This document shows, in pieces, positions 19,704-30,265 of a stretch of DNA of 64,000 nt. How positions within the stretch are numbered: position 1 is the first letter of the stretch; every line of letters starts with the position of its first letter. The notes below the pieces were generated by a model. The model was not told the DNA's origin. It was given only the letters and a program-made list of their open reading frames with translations, and ran no database searches. The stretch spans positions 832,001-896,000 of the forward strand of contig CAWGHO010000001.1 in the NCBI GenBank assembly GCA_963822445.1, in the 5' to 3' direction. This stretch comes from an uncultured Acidobacteriota bacterium. GTDB lineage: Bacteria > Acidobacteriota > Thermoanaerobaculia > Gp7-AA8. A program made the translations under genes and the position numbers.

Positions 19704-21028
19704 CGTTTGGCCTCGAGCAGACGGCGTAAGGCTAGCCAGGAGGAAGCCGACACCCACGCGCAGTAGACCACGCCGAAGGCGATGGATGCGCCGATGACGC
19801 CGGCGATTCCCCACCACTTGGCCCCCACAAACGTCATCGCCACGCCCGCAATCGCCGTGACGATCTTCGGTGCGGCGAGCGCCGCTGACCGTTTGGAAAT
19901 CATGAAGAACGTGGATGCGACCTGCCCGGTCGCGAACAGTCCACCGGCAACGACTACCCACGGCAGATAGTGCGTGACACCGCGATACTCCGGCGCGAGC
20001 AGCAGGCGTCCAACCAGCGGATGAAACTGAGCGGCGGCGAGGGCTCCGAGGACTGTCGCACCGAGTGTGACGGCGGCGACGCGCGCGTTCAACCGCACTG
20101 CTCCATGGACTCGCGCCGGATCGCTGGCGTCGCCGGCTCTCGCATAGAGGATCGGCTCGAGCACCTGGCCGAGCAGAGACGAGGCCATGAGGATCGGATA
20201 GAAACCGAGCTGGTACACGACCGAGTAATATCCGACGTCCGTCGTCGTGGCAAACGCGCCGAGGGCCCAGCGGTCAGAGACCAGCTGCGCCCAGACGAAA
20301 ATGCCCCACGCCGCAAAGGGCCAACCGTACGTGAGCATCGCGGAGACCCAACGTTGCTCGTCGATCGCTTCAGGACCCGCCATCGGCGCGATCCCCTTGA
20401 TCACGAAATAAAGCTGCGAGGCAAACACGCCCGCCGAAGCCAGCGCGTAGCCGGCCATGGCCATGCCGCTCGTGGCGTGTGCAGTCAGATGGATGAGCAC
20501 GACCGCGACCGCGAACCGCAGCCACGACGCAACGGCGGAATGAGTGGCCGCGACGACGCGGCGGCGGGTCGCGTTCTGCATCCCTCCGAGAACCGCCGAG
20601 CCGCCGGCGAAGAGCGTGAAGGCAAACGCCGCCAGGGTGAGACCGATCCACGCCGCGCGCGAAAGGAGCGCCAGGACAGCCACACCGATACAGGCCAGGA
20701 CACCGATCACCATCGTCGCGCCGAGAAAGAGCTTTTGCACGGCGAGCAGATATCCCCGCAGATCGCCGGCCTCATAAGCCGGCGCGAACTGCCGCAGCGC
20801 GGCAGTCGTAAGCGGTGCGAGCAACACCTGCAGTCCGAGACTGCCCATGGTCATGGCCAGGGCCAGCTCACCATACGCGGCCGGCGACATGGCTTCGGTC
20901 AACACGCGTACGCCGACGACCGAGCCGATGGCGGCCGCCACCTGTCCCGTGCCGACGGCGAGAGCCTCCATGCCGATTCGCCGCAAACCGCCCGACGGGT
21001 TGAACGGCTCTCCCGAACCGAGACTCAT
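19700..21028 (-). CDS. wzx: Wzx-like oligosaccharide flippase
   Basis: About 12 TM segments; P.AYG, SDRW...G.Y..YQL motifs; ATGA overlap with fcl stop. Confidence 0.8.
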   Translation of the reverse strand: MSLGSGEPFNPSGGLRRIGMEALAVGTGQVAAAIGSVVGVRVLTEAMSPAAYGELALAMTMGSLGLQVLLAPLTTAALRQFAPAYEAGDLRGYLLAVQKLFLGATMVIGVLACIGVAVLALLSRAAWIGLTLAAFAFTLFAGGSAVLGGMQNATRRRVVAATHSAVASWLRFAVAVVLIHLTAHATSGMAMAGYALASAGVFASQLYFVIKGIAPMAGPEAIDEQRWVSAMLTYGWPFAAWGIFVWAQLVSDRWALGAFATTTDVGYYSVVYQLGFYPILMASSLLGQVLEPILYARAGDASDPARVHGAVRLNARVAAVTLGATVLGALAAAQFHPLVGRLLLAPEYRGVTHYLPWVVVAGGLFATGQVASTFFMISKRSAALAAPKIVTAIAGVAMTFVGAKWWGIAGVIGASIAFGVVYCAWVSASSWLALRRLLEAKR

Positions 21029-21963
21029 CGCGTGTGTTGAAGAAACCACTTGATGGTCCGGTCGAGGCCTTCCTCGAGGCTGGTGTCAGCGCGGAATCCG
21101 AATTCCTTCGCCGCGCGCTGCACGTCGAGCATGCGTCGTGGCTGTCCGTTGGGCTTGGTGGAATCCCAAACGATCTCGCCTTCGAAACCGGTTCGCTCCG
21201 CGATGATCGCCGCGAGTCGCGCGATGGGAACCTCTTCGCCGCGACCGAGATTCACGGGCTCCGGCGAGTCGTACTTTTCCGTTGCCAGCACGATTCCGTC
21301 TGCCGCGTCTTCGACGTACAGGAACTCGCGCGTTGGACTGCCGTCTCCCCAGAGCACGACCCGCTCGTCGCCGCGCGCTTTCGCCTCCACGAACTTGCGG
21401 ATCATCGCCGGAATGACGTGGCTGGTTTCGAGATCGAAGTTGTCGTGCGGTCCGTACAGATTCACAGGCAGCAGGAAGATGCCGTTGAAGTCGTATTCCT
21501 GGCGATACGCCTGCAACTGCACGAGCAGTGCTTTCTTCGCGACTCCGTAAGGGGCGTTGGTTTCCTCCGGATATCCGTTCCAGAGGTCTTCTTCGCGGAA
21601 CGGAATCGGCGCGAACTTCGGATACGCGCAGATCGTTCCAAGGCAGACGAATTTCTCGACGCCAGCGCGACGGGCCTCTTCGATCAGATGGATGCCCATG
21701 ATCGCGTTCTCGTAGAAGAACCTCCCGGGATGCATCCGGTTCGCCCCGATCCCGCCGACGACCGCCGCCGCGTGAATCACGAGGTTTGGACGATGGCTCG
21801 CCAGATAGTCGCGGATGGCGTGAGCGTCGCGCAGATCGAGCTCGCTGGCGCGCGGCGCGAGAAGCTCAGCCGGCCCCTGGCGCTGGATGCGATCCCGCAG
21901 AAAGCCGCCCAGGAACCCGCCGCCACCGGTCAGCAGAACGCGCTTGTCCTGCCAGAACGTCAT
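21025..21963 (-). CDS. fcl: GDP-L-fucose synthase
   Basis: [43 protein letters not shown]. Confidence 0.95.
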   Translation of the reverse strand: MTFWQDKRVLLTGGGGFLGGFLRDRIQRQGPAELLAPRASELDLRDAHAIRDYLASHRPNLVIHAAAVVGGIGANRMHPGRFFYENAIMGIHLIEEARRAGVEKFVCLGTICAYPKFAPIPFREEDLWNGYPEETNAPYGVAKKALLVQLQAYRQEYDFNGIFLLPVNLYGPHDNFDLETSHVIPAMIRKFVEAKARGDERVVLWGDGSPTREFLYVEDAADGIVLATEKYDSPEPVNLGRGEEVPIARLAAIIAERTGFEGEIVWDSTKPNGQPRRMLDVQRAAKEFGFRADTSLEEGLDRTIKWFLQHTR

Positions 21964-23057
21964 CTCGATATCACCGCCTTGTTCTTCTCGTTCAGCAGTG
22001 CCTCATCCTCGGCGAGCCGGAGGTCGGCGTCGACCATCAGCTCGACCAGCTCCTGGAATCCCGTCTTCGGGACCCAGCCCAGAACATTCTTCGCTTTCGT
22101 GGCATCGCCGAGCAGCAGCTCGACTTCGGTCGGACGCAAATAGCGCGGATCGATCTCGATCAGCGTTCGGCCGGTACTGCGATCGAAGCCACGCTCTTCG
22201 AATCCGGAGCCGCGCCACTCGATCTCGATTCCGACGCGCGCGAAGGCGAGCTCGCAGAACTCGCGCACGCTGTGAGTCTCGCCAGTGGCGATGACGAAGT
22301 CCTCGGCCTGCTCGTGCTGCAGCATCAGCCACATCGCTTCGACGTAATCACGGGCGTAGCCCCAGTCCCGTTTCGCATCGAGATTCCCGAGATACAGCCG
22401 GTCCTGCAGTCCATGTTTGATCCGGCCGGCGGCGCGCGTGATCTTGCGCGACACGAATGTCTCTCCGCGCCGCGGCGATTCGTGGTTGAAGAGGATCCCG
22501 TTCACGGCGAAGAGGCCGTATGCCTCGCGATAGTTCACCGTCAGCCAGAACGCGTAGACCTTGGCCACGCCGTACGGACTGCGCGGATAAAACGGGGTCC
22601 GCTCGTTCTGAGGAGTCTCGACGACCTTGCCGTACATCTCCGAAGACGAGGCCTGATAAATCCGAGGACGGATCTGCAGCTCGCGCACGGCCTCGAGGAG
22701 CCGCGTCGCGCCGAGACCCGTTACCTCGCCGGTGTATTCAGGCGTATCGAACGAGACCTTGACGTGGCTCTGGGCGCCGAGGTTGTAGATCTCGGCGGGA
22801 TCGACGATGCGAAGGATGCGATTGAGCGAGGAGGCATCGTTGAGATCCCCGTAGTGCAGGACCATGCGCCGGTCCTCGTCATGCGGGTCCTGGTAGATCG
22901 AGTCCAGGCGTTGGGTGTTGAAGGACGACGAGCGGCGGATGACGCCATGAACCTGATAGCCCTTCTCGATCAGAAGCTCGGCGAGGTATGAGCCGTCCTG
23001 ACCTGTGATGCCGGTAATCAGTGCCCGCCTGCGTCCGTCGGTCAATGGTGGGCTCAT
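21960..23057 (-). CDS. gmd: GDP-mannose 4,6-dehydratase
   Basis: [38 protein letters not shown]. Confidence 0.97.
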   Translation of the reverse strand: MSPPLTDGRRRALITGITGQDGSYLAELLIEKGYQVHGVIRRSSSFNTQRLDSIYQDPHDEDRRMVLHYGDLNDASSLNRILRIVDPAEIYNLGAQSHVKVSFDTPEYTGEVTGLGATRLLEAVRELQIRPRIYQASSSEMYGKVVETPQNERTPFYPRSPYGVAKVYAFWLTVNYREAYGLFAVNGILFNHESPRRGETFVSRKITRAAGRIKHGLQDRLYLGNLDAKRDWGYARDYVEAMWLMLQHEQAEDFVIATGETHSVREFCELAFARVGIEIEWRGSGFEERGFDRSTGRTLIEIDPRYLRPTEVELLLGDATKAKNVLGWVPKTGFQELVELMVDADLRLAEDEALLNEKNKAVISR

Positions 23058-23404
23058 TTACTCTCCTCGAGGCTGAGCTCCGTCGAGAGCTCGCGAATCT
23101 GCTCGGCGATGGTGTCGTACTCGGCCATCTTCAAGTGAAGAAACGACCTGGTCACTCTCAACTTCTCTTCGACGCCGCGCGGCGTGAGGATGTAGGCGTA
23201 AGCCATCTTGTTCTCGCTGTCGCGGAATCGCCGAGCCTTGACCAGGCCCTTCTCGATCAGGGCGCGCAGGCAGTAGTTGACCTTGCCGAGGCTGACGCCG
23301 AGGGCGCTGGCCAGTTCCCGCTGCGTCGCACTGGGGTCGTTGGCCAGTCGTCTCAGAAGGCGGTAGCGGATTTCATCGCTGAGGCGGGGACGGATGTTGT
23401 TCAA
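23054..23404 (-). CDS. EPS-associated MarR-family transcriptional regulator
   Basis: [35 protein letters not shown]; first gene of the gmd operon. Confidence 0.92.
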   Translation of the reverse strand: MNNIRPRLSDEIRYRLLRRLANDPSATQRELASALGVSLGKVNYCLRALIEKGLVKARRFRDSENKMAYAYILTPRGVEEKLRVTRSFLHLKMAEYDTIAEQIRELSTELSLEESK

Positions 23405-23414
23405 TGATTGAACA
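23398..23414. promoter_or_regulatory. Perfect palindrome TGTTCAAT-G-ATTGAACA overlapping the MarR start codon (candidate operator)
   Basis: 8-1-8 inverted repeat, AT-rich in a GC-rich background. Confidence 0.65.
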
Positions 23415-23457
23415 GGAGTAGATCACAGGAACGGGCGCCAACGCCTGAACGTTAAAC

Positions 23458-23493
23458 AAAAAAAGCGCACCGGACGTTTTCGACCGGTGCGCT
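23458..23493 (-). terminator. Intrinsic terminator of the 23517-24452 gene
   Basis: Stem AGCGCACCGG/CCGGTGCGCT followed by a T-run on the minus strand. Confidence 0.8.
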
Positions 23494-23516
23494 CGGAGGG
23501 ATCGAGAGAAACAGCC

Positions 23517-24452
23517 TTACTGCATCGACAGGAGGACCAGGATCTCGCCCTGACCTTCCTTCAGAGGCTCGAGAGCCTTGCCGATGATCGTGCCCGGCTG
23601 GTGGAACGAGCGTCCTTGCATGCTGATGGGCTGGGACTTCATGGCCATTCCAGGCTTGCTGCTCGTGACCAGAAGGTCGCCGACGGCAATGGGCGCGGCG
23701 GTGGCGTCTACACGGACTTTGACGCGTCCCGTGGTGGCGACCATTTCCTTCTCATCTCCCGAGACCCCCAGGATCAGACCCGGCTGTGCCGAGACAACGC
23801 CGGCGACCATCGTGTCGTACTCGGCATGTGACGCCATGATCTCGTTGTTCTTGTTCGGGTTCAGAACGACGACGGTGCCGGGCTCGAGCTCGGTGGTGGA
23901 AGGAACCCACTCAGCGACGTCCTGGTACGTAGCGACGACCGACGCGCCGCTCACTGTGCCTGCCGCGACGAGATTCCCCGTTGCGCCGAGCGTCAGCAAC
24001 ACGATAGGCGGTTGCGGCCCCGCAGGGTACCGGCTGAAAACGAATCCGTCTGTGATCGAGTCCAGTTTGATCTCGTAGCTGGGAAGGCTGGGGTTCATCG
24101 AGCCGGAACCGGAACCGTGGTAGTACAGGTTCCACTGCAGCAGCCCCTGAGCTGCGTTGGATGCAAACCGCATTCTGCCCATGTTCGGGCCAGTGTTTCC
24201 GAAGAAGAGATCGCCGCCGTCCGGACCGCCGATGTTCATGACACCGGCAACCAGATTACCCGGCTTGCCGATCCAGCCGCCGACATCGAGCTTCATCGTG
24301 GGGGAGGACGTGCCAATGCCGACGTTGTCGCCGACGGTGGTCAGTCGGACAACCGAGCCGTCATCCGTCCATCCGTTCTGGGCTTCGACCGGAGTCGTAG
24401 CGATGATGCCCACCACCAAAAAACAAAAGACGTAGCCACTGATTCTCTTCAT
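23517..24452 (-). CDS. Secreted protein with phage-fibre-like 'NVGIGT' segment and C-terminal peptidase G2/intramolecular-chaperone-like domain
   Basis: Signal peptide (..VEA|Q); GDNVGIGTSSP; DVAEW...VAGVVS..PG...GRVKV...GDLLVTS...IIGKALE. Confidence 0.55.
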   Translation of the reverse strand: MKRISGYVFCFLVVGIIATTPVEAQNGWTDDGSVVRLTTVGDNVGIGTSSPTMKLDVGGWIGKPGNLVAGVMNIGGPDGGDLFFGNTGPNMGRMRFASNAAQGLLQWNLYYHGSGSGSMNPSLPSYEIKLDSITDGFVFSRYPAGPQPPIVLLTLGATGNLVAAGTVSGASVVATYQDVAEWVPSTTELEPGTVVVLNPNKNNEIMASHAEYDTMVAGVVSAQPGLILGVSGDEKEMVATTGRVKVRVDATAAPIAVGDLLVTSSKPGMAMKSQPISMQGRSFHQPGTIIGKALEPLKEGQGEILVLLSMQ

Positions 24453-24513
24453 CTGGATCCCTCCACGTGATCGTGTTCTTGTCCACACCATTCAGCGTGC
24501 CTCGTGCATTTAA

Positions 24514-24529
24514 TGCAGGGGCCTAGCCA
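24514..24529 (-). promoter_or_regulatory. Candidate sigma54 (-24/-12) promoter
   Basis: TGGCTAGGCCCCTGCA = GG-N10-GC about 60 nt upstream of 24452. Confidence 0.35.
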
Positions 24530-24705
24530 TCTTTTTTAGGGGCGACCAGCGCTGAAGCGGACGACCGTGCGAACGATTTCGTCATCCTAACATGACCGGT
24601 GTGGATTTATGATGTGCCTCCCCGAGGTGTCTCGGCGCGAACACTCCCTGGGCGCGCCTGAGACCCTGAATCGGATCCACGACATCGGAAAGGCCCCCAT
24701 CTCGT

Positions 24706-26286
24706 ATGAACGATCTAGACGAGCGAAAGAGTCACATCCAGCCGGTTACTCTCGGTGGCTTCGCACGAATCCTGAGAGCCTACCGCGTTCCGATCCTGGT
24801 ATCGCTGGCCGCGGTGATCGTCGGCTTCGTGATCCTGGCTGCCCTGATATTGCTGACCTCGCCTTCGGAGGTCACCACCTATCAGCCCTTTCGGCTCGAG
24901 TTCGAAGGCGCCGATTCCGGTAAGTACCCCAACGGCATCAAGTTCAGCCCCGTGGAGATCGTCAGCATCCCCATCCTCGTCCGGGTGTACGAGGCGAACG
25001 ATCTCAAACGCTTCCTTCCGTTCAGTGAGTTCACCAAGTCCCTCTACGTGGTCGAGTCGAACCCAGCCCTCGAGCGTCTGTCCCGCGAGTACGCGGCGCG
25101 CCTGGCCGATCCCAAGCTCTCACCGGTAGACCGGGAAAGGATCCTTCGCGAGTTCGACTCCAAACGGCAGAGCATCTCCAAGAACGAGTACGCCCTGAAC
25201 TTCAGCACCCCCCATAACTCTCCGCCCAGCGGCGTTGTGAAGAAGATCCTCGCGGACGTCCTCCGGGAGTGGGCCAGCTACGCGGCCCGCGAGCAACGGG
25301 TCCTGCAGTATTCGGTGGCGGTTCTGTCGCCGAACACCATCCCCGCCGGCGATACCTCCATCCATTTCATAGGCCGTCTGCAGATCCTCCGATCGAACAT
25401 CTACAGGGTCATGGCGAACATCGAGGAGCTGGAGGCACTGCCCGGAGCGAAGCTGGCGCGCACGCGCCGTGACCAGCTTGCCTTGAACGACATCCGCATC
25501 CGCCTGGAAGACCTGATCAGATTCCGACTCGAGCCGCTGATCCCGGCGATTCGCGGAAGTGGCCTGATCCCGGACGTGGCCGAGGCCGTTCGATTCTGTG
25601 AGACCCAGCTTGCCCACGACGAGCGGCGCCTCGCCGCTGCGGAGGGCGACGCTGCGGTGATTCGCGATGCGATCAACGCGTATTCGCGCCAGCGCCGAGA
25701 TCCCGGGTCTGATGGCGCACCGGCCAACGGTGCACCCCGCGAGACGCCCCCGGCCACGCGAACCTCCGACGCTGTCGCACCGGTGCTCACCGAAACCTTC
25801 CTCGAAGGATTGATGGCGATGACCGCTCAGGGAGCGGAGATCCAGTACAGGCAGCGCCTGATCGACGACTACCGGGGCGCGGCGGCCAGAGTCGTGCCGC
25901 TGCAGCAGGCGGTGGCCTACGATCGCGACGTCATCGAACAGCTTCGGTCGGGGGCTGGAGGCGCGAGCGCTCTTACGGCGCAACAGGTCGAGAACGAGAT
26001 GCGCACCCTGCACGCCGAAGTTCGCATCGCCCTCGAGAGGATCAACGAGCTCCACGTGACCATTTCCCGCAACCTCAATCCCGAGACCCACATGTTCGTC
26101 GCGACTGCCGTGCCGGTCACCCGAACGCAGAGAACGGCGAGCTGGCAGCGCCTCGCCGTCATCGGATTGCTGGTCACGCTCTTGTCGATTCCCATGATTC
26201 TCGCCGGCGTGTTGATTCATAACCGGCTTCGCCAGGAGAAGGACGTGGAGGACGAAGAGGACCGCCTCGAAGCAGCAGCGCACTGA
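24706..26286 (+). CDS. Wzz-like polysaccharide co-polymerase / chain-length determinant
   Basis: N- and C-terminal TM helices flanking a large helical periplasmic region; adjacent to the wzx/wzy locus. Confidence 0.6.
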   Translation: MNDLDERKSHIQPVTLGGFARILRAYRVPILVSLAAVIVGFVILAALILLTSPSEVTTYQPFRLEFEGADSGKYPNGIKFSPVEIVSIPILVRVYEANDLKRFLPFSEFTKSLYVVESNPALERLSREYAARLADPKLSPVDRERILREFDSKRQSISKNEYALNFSTPHNSPPSGVVKKILADVLREWASYAAREQRVLQYSVAVLSPNTIPAGDTSIHFIGRLQILRSNIYRVMANIEELEALPGAKLARTRRDQLALNDIRIRLEDLIRFRLEPLIPAIRGSGLIPDVAEAVRFCETQLAHDERRLAAAEGDAAVIRDAINAYSRQRRDPGSDGAPANGAPRETPPATRTSDAVAPVLTETFLEGLMAMTAQGAEIQYRQRLIDDYRGAAARVVPLQQAVAYDRDVIEQLRSGAGGASALTAQQVENEMRTLHAEVRIALERINELHVTISRNLNPETHMFVATAVPVTRTQRTASWQRLAVIGLLVTLLSIPMILAGVLIHNRLRQEKDVEDEEDRLEAAAH

Positions 26287-26295
26287 TCGGTTCCG

Positions 26296-26311
26296 GGGCA
26301 CACCGGTTGCA
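26296..26311 (+). promoter_or_regulatory. Candidate sigma54 promoter upstream of the first metalloprotease
   Basis: GGGCAC-ACCGG-TTGCA closely matches TGGCAC-N5-TTGCW. Confidence 0.55.
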
Positions 26312-26336
26312 CTGAGGCGACGTCGCGAACGTCCCC

Positions 26337-28124
26337 ATGCGCCGTCTCCTGCTCCTCGTTGCCTGTCTCCTTCCCTTGCCTGTGTCGGCGGCCGTTTTCG
26401 TGGTTCCCCACGATGAGTCCCTGATCAAAGACGCCGACGCGATCGTCGTCGCCCACATTCGCGGCATGAACGCGGTCTTCGACGCGAACGGCGACATCGT
26501 CACGGAGATCGATCTGGAGATCGAGCGCGTGCTCAAAGGGGACATCCCCCTCGGCGAGCCGCTCCGCATCCGCGAGCTCGGGGGCATCATCGGCACCCGC
26601 GGACTCTTCGTCTCCGAAAGCGCCACCTACTGGACCAGCAACCGCGGGTTGATTTTCCTCGAGCGTCACGGCGATGGCTGGCGCACGTACGGCACATCAC
26701 TCGGGAAGTTCGATTTCGTGCAGGATCACGACGGCCGCAACCTCGCAGTCCGCTGGGCTACGCGCGACGATCACTCGCAGCGCTGGTCTCCGGAAGGACA
26801 TCCGCATGAAGAACGGCTTCGCGATGCCGATAAGTTTCTGAACTACATCAGCCGTCGCGCCGACCCGGCACGCCGGCCTCCTCCCTCGACGATTCCCAGG
26901 ACGATCGCGGCCACGGCCGAAGTCGAAGCGGACTATTTCGTCGAGCGAGCTCCCGGCGGGAAGCTCACCGCGCCATACGCATGGGATCCGTCGACGAACG
27001 CCACCTATCCGCCGTCGGCCTACACGCAGGGAACTTTCCGCTGGGATATCTTCGATGCGGGCGGCTCGGTCACGTTCTTCGCCAGCGGCGCGCAACCCAA
27101 CTACGACTACATCGGCACGGCCCAGCGCGCGCTGGCGGCCTGGACGAACGACCCCGGCTCGAACATCGACTACCGCTACGGCGGAACGAACAGCGCGGGC
27201 TTCGTCGAGGATCAGGTCAACAGCATCGTCTACAACTCGCCCACCGGTGTTCCCGCAGGTGCTCTCGCCTATGCGAAGTGGTACGCCGGTGACGTGCACA
27301 CGTACAAGGGCGAGCAGTTCTACAGCATCAGCGAAGGCGACGTGGTGATGAAGCAGAATCCCGGCGTCTCGCAGAAGATGTTCGACGAGGCCATCACCCA
27401 CGAGCTCGGGCATACCCTCGGCTTCCGTCACTCTGATCAGGGCACCCCATCGTCGACACAGGCAGTCATGAAAGCGGTCCTCAGCGGCCAGTGGGGCGCG
27501 AGCCTCGGTCCGTGGGACATCGAAGCGGTGAGCGTCGTCTACACCGGCGCGAGCGCTCCCCCGCCGCCGGTCGGCACGCCGGGCAATCTCACGGCCACGG
27601 CCACGAACACGACGACGGTCGCTGTGAGATGGAACGCGGCGACGAATGCCACGAGCTACACCCTCGAGCGCGCGACGCGCATCGGTCAGTGGACGCAGAT
27701 CGCACAGTTCAACGGCACCGACTGGAACGACACCGGACGCACGCCGAACACGACCTACCTGTACCGGGTGCGCGCCGCGAATGGGACGGTTACTTCGGCC
27801 TACAGCAACATCGACCACGCCACGACGATCATCTTCACCGACGATCCCCTCGGCATAGACACACCGATTCGGGCCGTGCACCTGACCCAGCTCCGAACCA
27901 CGGTGAACGCCGTTCGCGTCGCCGCGGGACTATCGGCGTTGACGTACACGGATCCCAATCCGGCCGGCGTTGCGGTCAAGGCGGTGCACATCAACGAGCT
28001 CCGGACGGCGCTTTCGGCCGCCCTCGCGGCCATCGGCAAGAGCGCTTCCTTCAGCGGCACCGTCAGCTCGGGCACGCCGATCCGCGCGATCCACTTCCAG
28101 GAGCTTCGGGACCTGGTCAAGTAG
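26337..28124 (+). CDS. Secreted metzincin (matrixin/M10-like) metalloprotease + FN3 + triple-HxxELR C-terminal domain
   Basis: Signal peptide, HELGHTLGFRH, Met-turn AVM, FN3 (TYLYRVRA.N), C-terminal repeats. Confidence 0.85.
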   Translation: MRRLLLLVACLLPLPVSAAVFVVPHDESLIKDADAIVVAHIRGMNAVFDANGDIVTEIDLEIERVLKGDIPLGEPLRIRELGGIIGTRGLFVSESATYWTSNRGLIFLERHGDGWRTYGTSLGKFDFVQDHDGRNLAVRWATRDDHSQRWSPEGHPHEERLRDADKFLNYISRRADPARRPPPSTIPRTIAATAEVEADYFVERAPGGKLTAPYAWDPSTNATYPPSAYTQGTFRWDIFDAGGSVTFFASGAQPNYDYIGTAQRALAAWTNDPGSNIDYRYGGTNSAGFVEDQVNSIVYNSPTGVPAGALAYAKWYAGDVHTYKGEQFYSISEGDVVMKQNPGVSQKMFDEAITHELGHTLGFRHSDQGTPSSTQAVMKAVLSGQWGASLGPWDIEAVSVVYTGASAPPPPVGTPGNLTATATNTTTVAVRWNAATNATSYTLERATRIGQWTQIAQFNGTDWNDTGRTPNTTYLYRVRAANGTVTSAYSNIDHATTIIFTDDPLGIDTPIRAVHLTQLRTTVNAVRVAAGLSALTYTDPNPAGVAVKAVHINELRTALSAALAAIGKSASFSGTVSSGTPIRAIHFQELRDLVK

Positions 28125-28276
28125 CGGCCGCGCCCGCTTTTGCGGACCCAACCGCAGGAATGGCGGGGCTTCGCCGCGCGTATAATCTGAAGTAATCGGT
28201 CAGCAGCAAGCCCAACAATGTCGTCCGTGATCCGTTCGCGGCCGTTGGCTTGTTCGCGAAGCAACAAGGAGCCTGG

Positions 28277-30145
28277 ATGACTCGCCCATTCTTGTCGCGG
28301 TTTTTTGCCGTTGGAATCGCTGCAGCGATCCTCGTCTCTTCTCCCTCCTTCGCGGCAACGTTCATCGTTCCCGACGATCAGGAACTGGTCGGCAAGTCCG
28401 CGGCCATCGTGACCGGCGTCGTCATCGACAGCGTCGGCCAGCGCCGCGCGGACGGCCAGATCGAGACGATCTACAACGTTCGCATCGAGAAGTCGCTGAA
28501 GGGCACCTTCGAGCGCGGAGAGGTCGTGCAGGTGGCGTCTCCGGGCGGTCGCGTCGAAAAGCGCTGGTCGGCGGTCATCGGCGCTGCGCATTTTCAGCCG
28601 GAAGACAAGGTCCTTCTGTTTCTCCGCCAGCATCGTGGCAAATGGACGCCGACGGACATGACCCTGGGCAAGTTCCGGTTCGTCACTTCAACCGGCGGCC
28701 AATCGCTTCTGGTTCGTGATGCCGAGGACATTGTCGGCTTCGACAAACAGATGCGCACGCACGTCGAGCGCGTTCGCCGTGAAGCGACGTTCCTTCAGTT
28801 CATCGAAGAAACGGTCCGCGGCCGTGAGGCCGAAGCCGACTACTTCGTTCCGCCGGGAGAAACCGTGGCGCTGCCCGCGGAGGAGAAGACCGGTCGCTTC
28901 GACGTTGCGACCAACGACACCTTCTCCCCGCGCAGCTACGCCATCCATTTCAACTTCGGACTCTATCCGGGCCGCTGGCCCGAAGCGCGAATGACGTCCG
29001 CGATCACCCGCCCGTTCTTCAAGAACTCCGCGCAGAACGCAAGCGGCCTTGGTGACGGCGGTGTGGCGATGATTACGAACTCGCTCAACGCCTGGAACAA
29101 CGACTGTTTCTCGTACGCGAACTTCCCCTACGGCGGCACCAATTCGCTTCTGAAGAATGACGCCGACTTCGTCAACACGGTCATCTGGAACGATCCGGGC
29201 GATGACATCCCCGGCGTGTGGGGCGGCAGCGGCGTCATCGCCACCGCATACATGAGCGGTGACGATCTCCACACGTTCAACGCCGAGAACGATTGGGTAA
29301 CGATGTCTGACTCCGACGTCGTCGTCCAGGCGGGTCTCACCGGCGCCGAAGCATTCGTTGCCACGGCCATGACCCACGAGATTGGCCACGGCATCGGATT
29401 CCGTCACTCCGACACTCACTTCGACGGCACCGGCTGTCAGGGCACCGACGAGTGCTCGAGCTCAGCCATCATGAAGGCGTCGGTGAGCACGCATCACAAC
29501 TTCACGCTTCAGCCCTGGGACCAGAATGCCGTTCGCGCGCTGTACCCGATCGCCGATCAGTGCAGCACGCCGGTTCCGGCCGCGCCGACGGGTCTCAGCG
29601 CGACCGCGACGAGCACCGCCTCGGTTTCCGTTACCTGGAACGCCGTCACCGGCGCAACGAACTACAAGGTCTTCCGTCGCGAGGCCGCCGGCAGTTTCGT
29701 CGAGGTCGGCCAGTCGGCTACGACCGCTTTCACCAACTCCACCGGTCTCTCCGCGGACACCGCCTATCTGTACATGGTGAGGGCCTCGAACGCCGGCGGC
29801 GACTCGACCGACAGCAATATCGATCTGACCACCACCAGCGTGTTTACTGACTCGTCACTCGTTGCCGGCATCGTGGTCAAGCCTGCACATTTCAACGAGC
29901 TCCGAACCGCGGTGAACGCCGTGCGGACGCTGGCCGGACTGAGCACATTCAGTTTCACTGTGCCGCCCCCCGCGGCGACGGTCACCATCCGCAAAGCGCA
30001 CGTCGACGACCTCCGCACCAACCTCGCTGCAGCGCGTGCCTCACTCGGCCTTTCGGCGCTGACTTTGACCGATCCCACCATCACCGCGGGAACCACCCCT
30101 CCGAAAGCGGTCCACATCACCGAGCTCCGCAACGGCGTCCTCTGA
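28277..30145 (+). CDS. Secreted metzincin metalloprotease + FN3 + triple-HxxELR C-terminal domain
   Basis: AAGGAG RBS, signal peptide (SFA|A), HEIGHGIGFRH, AIM Met-turn, FN3; paralogous to 26337. Confidence 0.85.
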   Translation: MTRPFLSRFFAVGIAAAILVSSPSFAATFIVPDDQELVGKSAAIVTGVVIDSVGQRRADGQIETIYNVRIEKSLKGTFERGEVVQVASPGGRVEKRWSAVIGAAHFQPEDKVLLFLRQHRGKWTPTDMTLGKFRFVTSTGGQSLLVRDAEDIVGFDKQMRTHVERVRREATFLQFIEETVRGREAEADYFVPPGETVALPAEEKTGRFDVATNDTFSPRSYAIHFNFGLYPGRWPEARMTSAITRPFFKNSAQNASGLGDGGVAMITNSLNAWNNDCFSYANFPYGGTNSLLKNDADFVNTVIWNDPGDDIPGVWGGSGVIATAYMSGDDLHTFNAENDWVTMSDSDVVVQAGLTGAEAFVATAMTHEIGHGIGFRHSDTHFDGTGCQGTDECSSSAIMKASVSTHHNFTLQPWDQNAVRALYPIADQCSTPVPAAPTGLSATATSTASVSVTWNAVTGATNYKVFRREAAGSFVEVGQSATTAFTNSTGLSADTAYLYMVRASNAGGDSTDSNIDLTTTSVFTDSSLVAGIVVKPAHFNELRTAVNAVRTLAGLSTFSFTVPPPAATVTIRKAHVDDLRTNLAAARASLGLSALTLTDPTITAGTTPPKAVHITELRNGVL

Positions 30146-30163
30146 TCTGAATCCAACTGCGCT

Positions 30164-30192
30164 GGCCGGATCGTCTTGATGACGATCCGGCC
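30164..30192. terminator. 12-bp perfect hairpin between protease genes (terminator or RNA-stabilising stem)
   Basis: GGCCGGATCGTC-TTGAT-GACGATCCGGCC; no U-tract. Confidence 0.5.
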
Positions 30193-30265
30193 CTCGTGAG
30201 CGCGAAAGCGATCCAGATCACAGCCCCCGGAGCTGTGCTGCCCTAACCTGATCCCAATCGTCCCC

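Noticed and set aside
23359-23369. ops-like GGCGGTAG near the polysaccharide operon
   Set aside because: Wrong strand, inside the MarR coding sequence, and the downstream TG is missing
24505-24517. Short palindrome TGCATT-T-AATGCA
   Set aside because: Only 6-bp arms with no second copy found; too weak on its own
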